NCBI RefSeq assembly: GCF_000143415.4
Contig: NW_003314726.1
Location: 1-6,343 of the forward strand
Length of the DNA: 6,343 nt
Source of the DNA: Selaginella moellendorffii
Lineage: Eukaryota; Plantae; Lycopodiophyta
Direction of reading: 5' to 3'
Shown here: positions 5,976-6,343 of the stretch, piece after piece
Numbering within the stretch: position 1 is the first letter of the stretch
How the letters are laid out: each line of letters starts with the position of its first letter
Translations under genes and position numbers: made by a program
Notes under the pieces: generated by a model
What the model saw: only the letters and a program-made list of their open reading frames with translations
Told to the model about the DNA's origin: nothing
Database searches by the model: none

Positions 5976-6343
5976 GTGTTGCCACTAGCAACCGTGATGC
6001 CGTGGAGAGTCTAAAACATGGAATTGTCCATGTTAGACTATATGGTAATTGGAAAGCTTGCAAAAAGGGAGACCTTAGCAAGCTAAGGGACAGAGTTCCT
6101 TCAAGGTTCCCAAAGAGGATTCTAGGTAGCCTAGTACCTAGAAAGGCCAAGCGTAAATGGTTCAAGGAACGCACGAAATCAGAGTGGCGCAGCAGAAGCG
6201 TGGTCTTGAAGCTTGCCATGAGGCAAGGCTATCAAGGTTAGGGAAGAAGTTCCCGAGTGTTCAAAGAGAGGGCTTTGAACGAAAGTCGGTGATCAAGGGC
6301 TTTCACGCTTGTGCAGGAACCATGTTACAGTAGTCGGAGGACT
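5976..6343 (+). repeat. Direct repeat copy 2 (matches 1-368), truncated by the window end
   Basis: Same sequence as 1-368 at offset 5975. Confidence 0.97.

Larger units (their letters stand above)
1..6343 (+). mobile_element. Non-autonomous (LARD-like) LTR retrotransposon, Ty3/gypsy chromovirus-like, shown as a permuted unit: internal 3' part - PPT - LTR - PBS - internal 5' part
   Basis: PPT-like GGGTGGTGGAGT abuts TGTGAG (2194). CTTACA (4055) is followed after 3 nt by TGGTATCGGAGT (Met-i type PBS). A GAGGAC-centred inverted repeat lies just before the PPT, as in plant chromovirus 3' ends. There is no intact gag/pol ORF, and the 368-bp terminal redundancy gives a unit length of 5975 bp (including 850 N). 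The lineage call is from remembered motif similarity, not a search. Confidence 0.75.

Noticed and set aside
1-6343. Hairpins as rho-independent terminators, attC sites or REP elements
   Set aside because: They lack U-tracts, share no consensus between stems, have no associated genes, and there is no prokaryotic context.

Overview
The window is best read as one circularly permuted unit (period 5975 bp) of a non-autonomous, plant-type Ty3/gypsy-like (chromovirus-like) LTR retrotransposon on the + strand. A single ~1.86-kb LTR (TG...CA, 2194-4055) sits in the middle. It has a polypurine tract on its 5' side (2182-2193) and a tRNA-iMet-type primer-binding site on its 3' side (4059-4070). The internal domain runs 4056-5975, continues through 1-2193, and is interrupted by an 850-N gap (1059-1908). 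Bases 1-368 recur without visible mismatch at 5976-6343. This layout implies a tandem array sharing an LTR, a 1-LTR circle, or an assembly in which two LTRs collapsed. There is no credible intact CDS: the long ORFs come from the N gap or from a stop-free 11/12-mer plus hexamer satellite inside the LTR (2429-3050). The most unusual signal is that much of the non-satellite sequence reads as a chain of closely spaced short stem-loops (5-13 bp stems, mostly purine-rich loops). Two of these loops are canonical tRNA T-loops (B-box), and faint, collinear reverse-transcriptase-like peptide remnants underlie part of the chain. All calls were made by eye, with no database search or folding computation.
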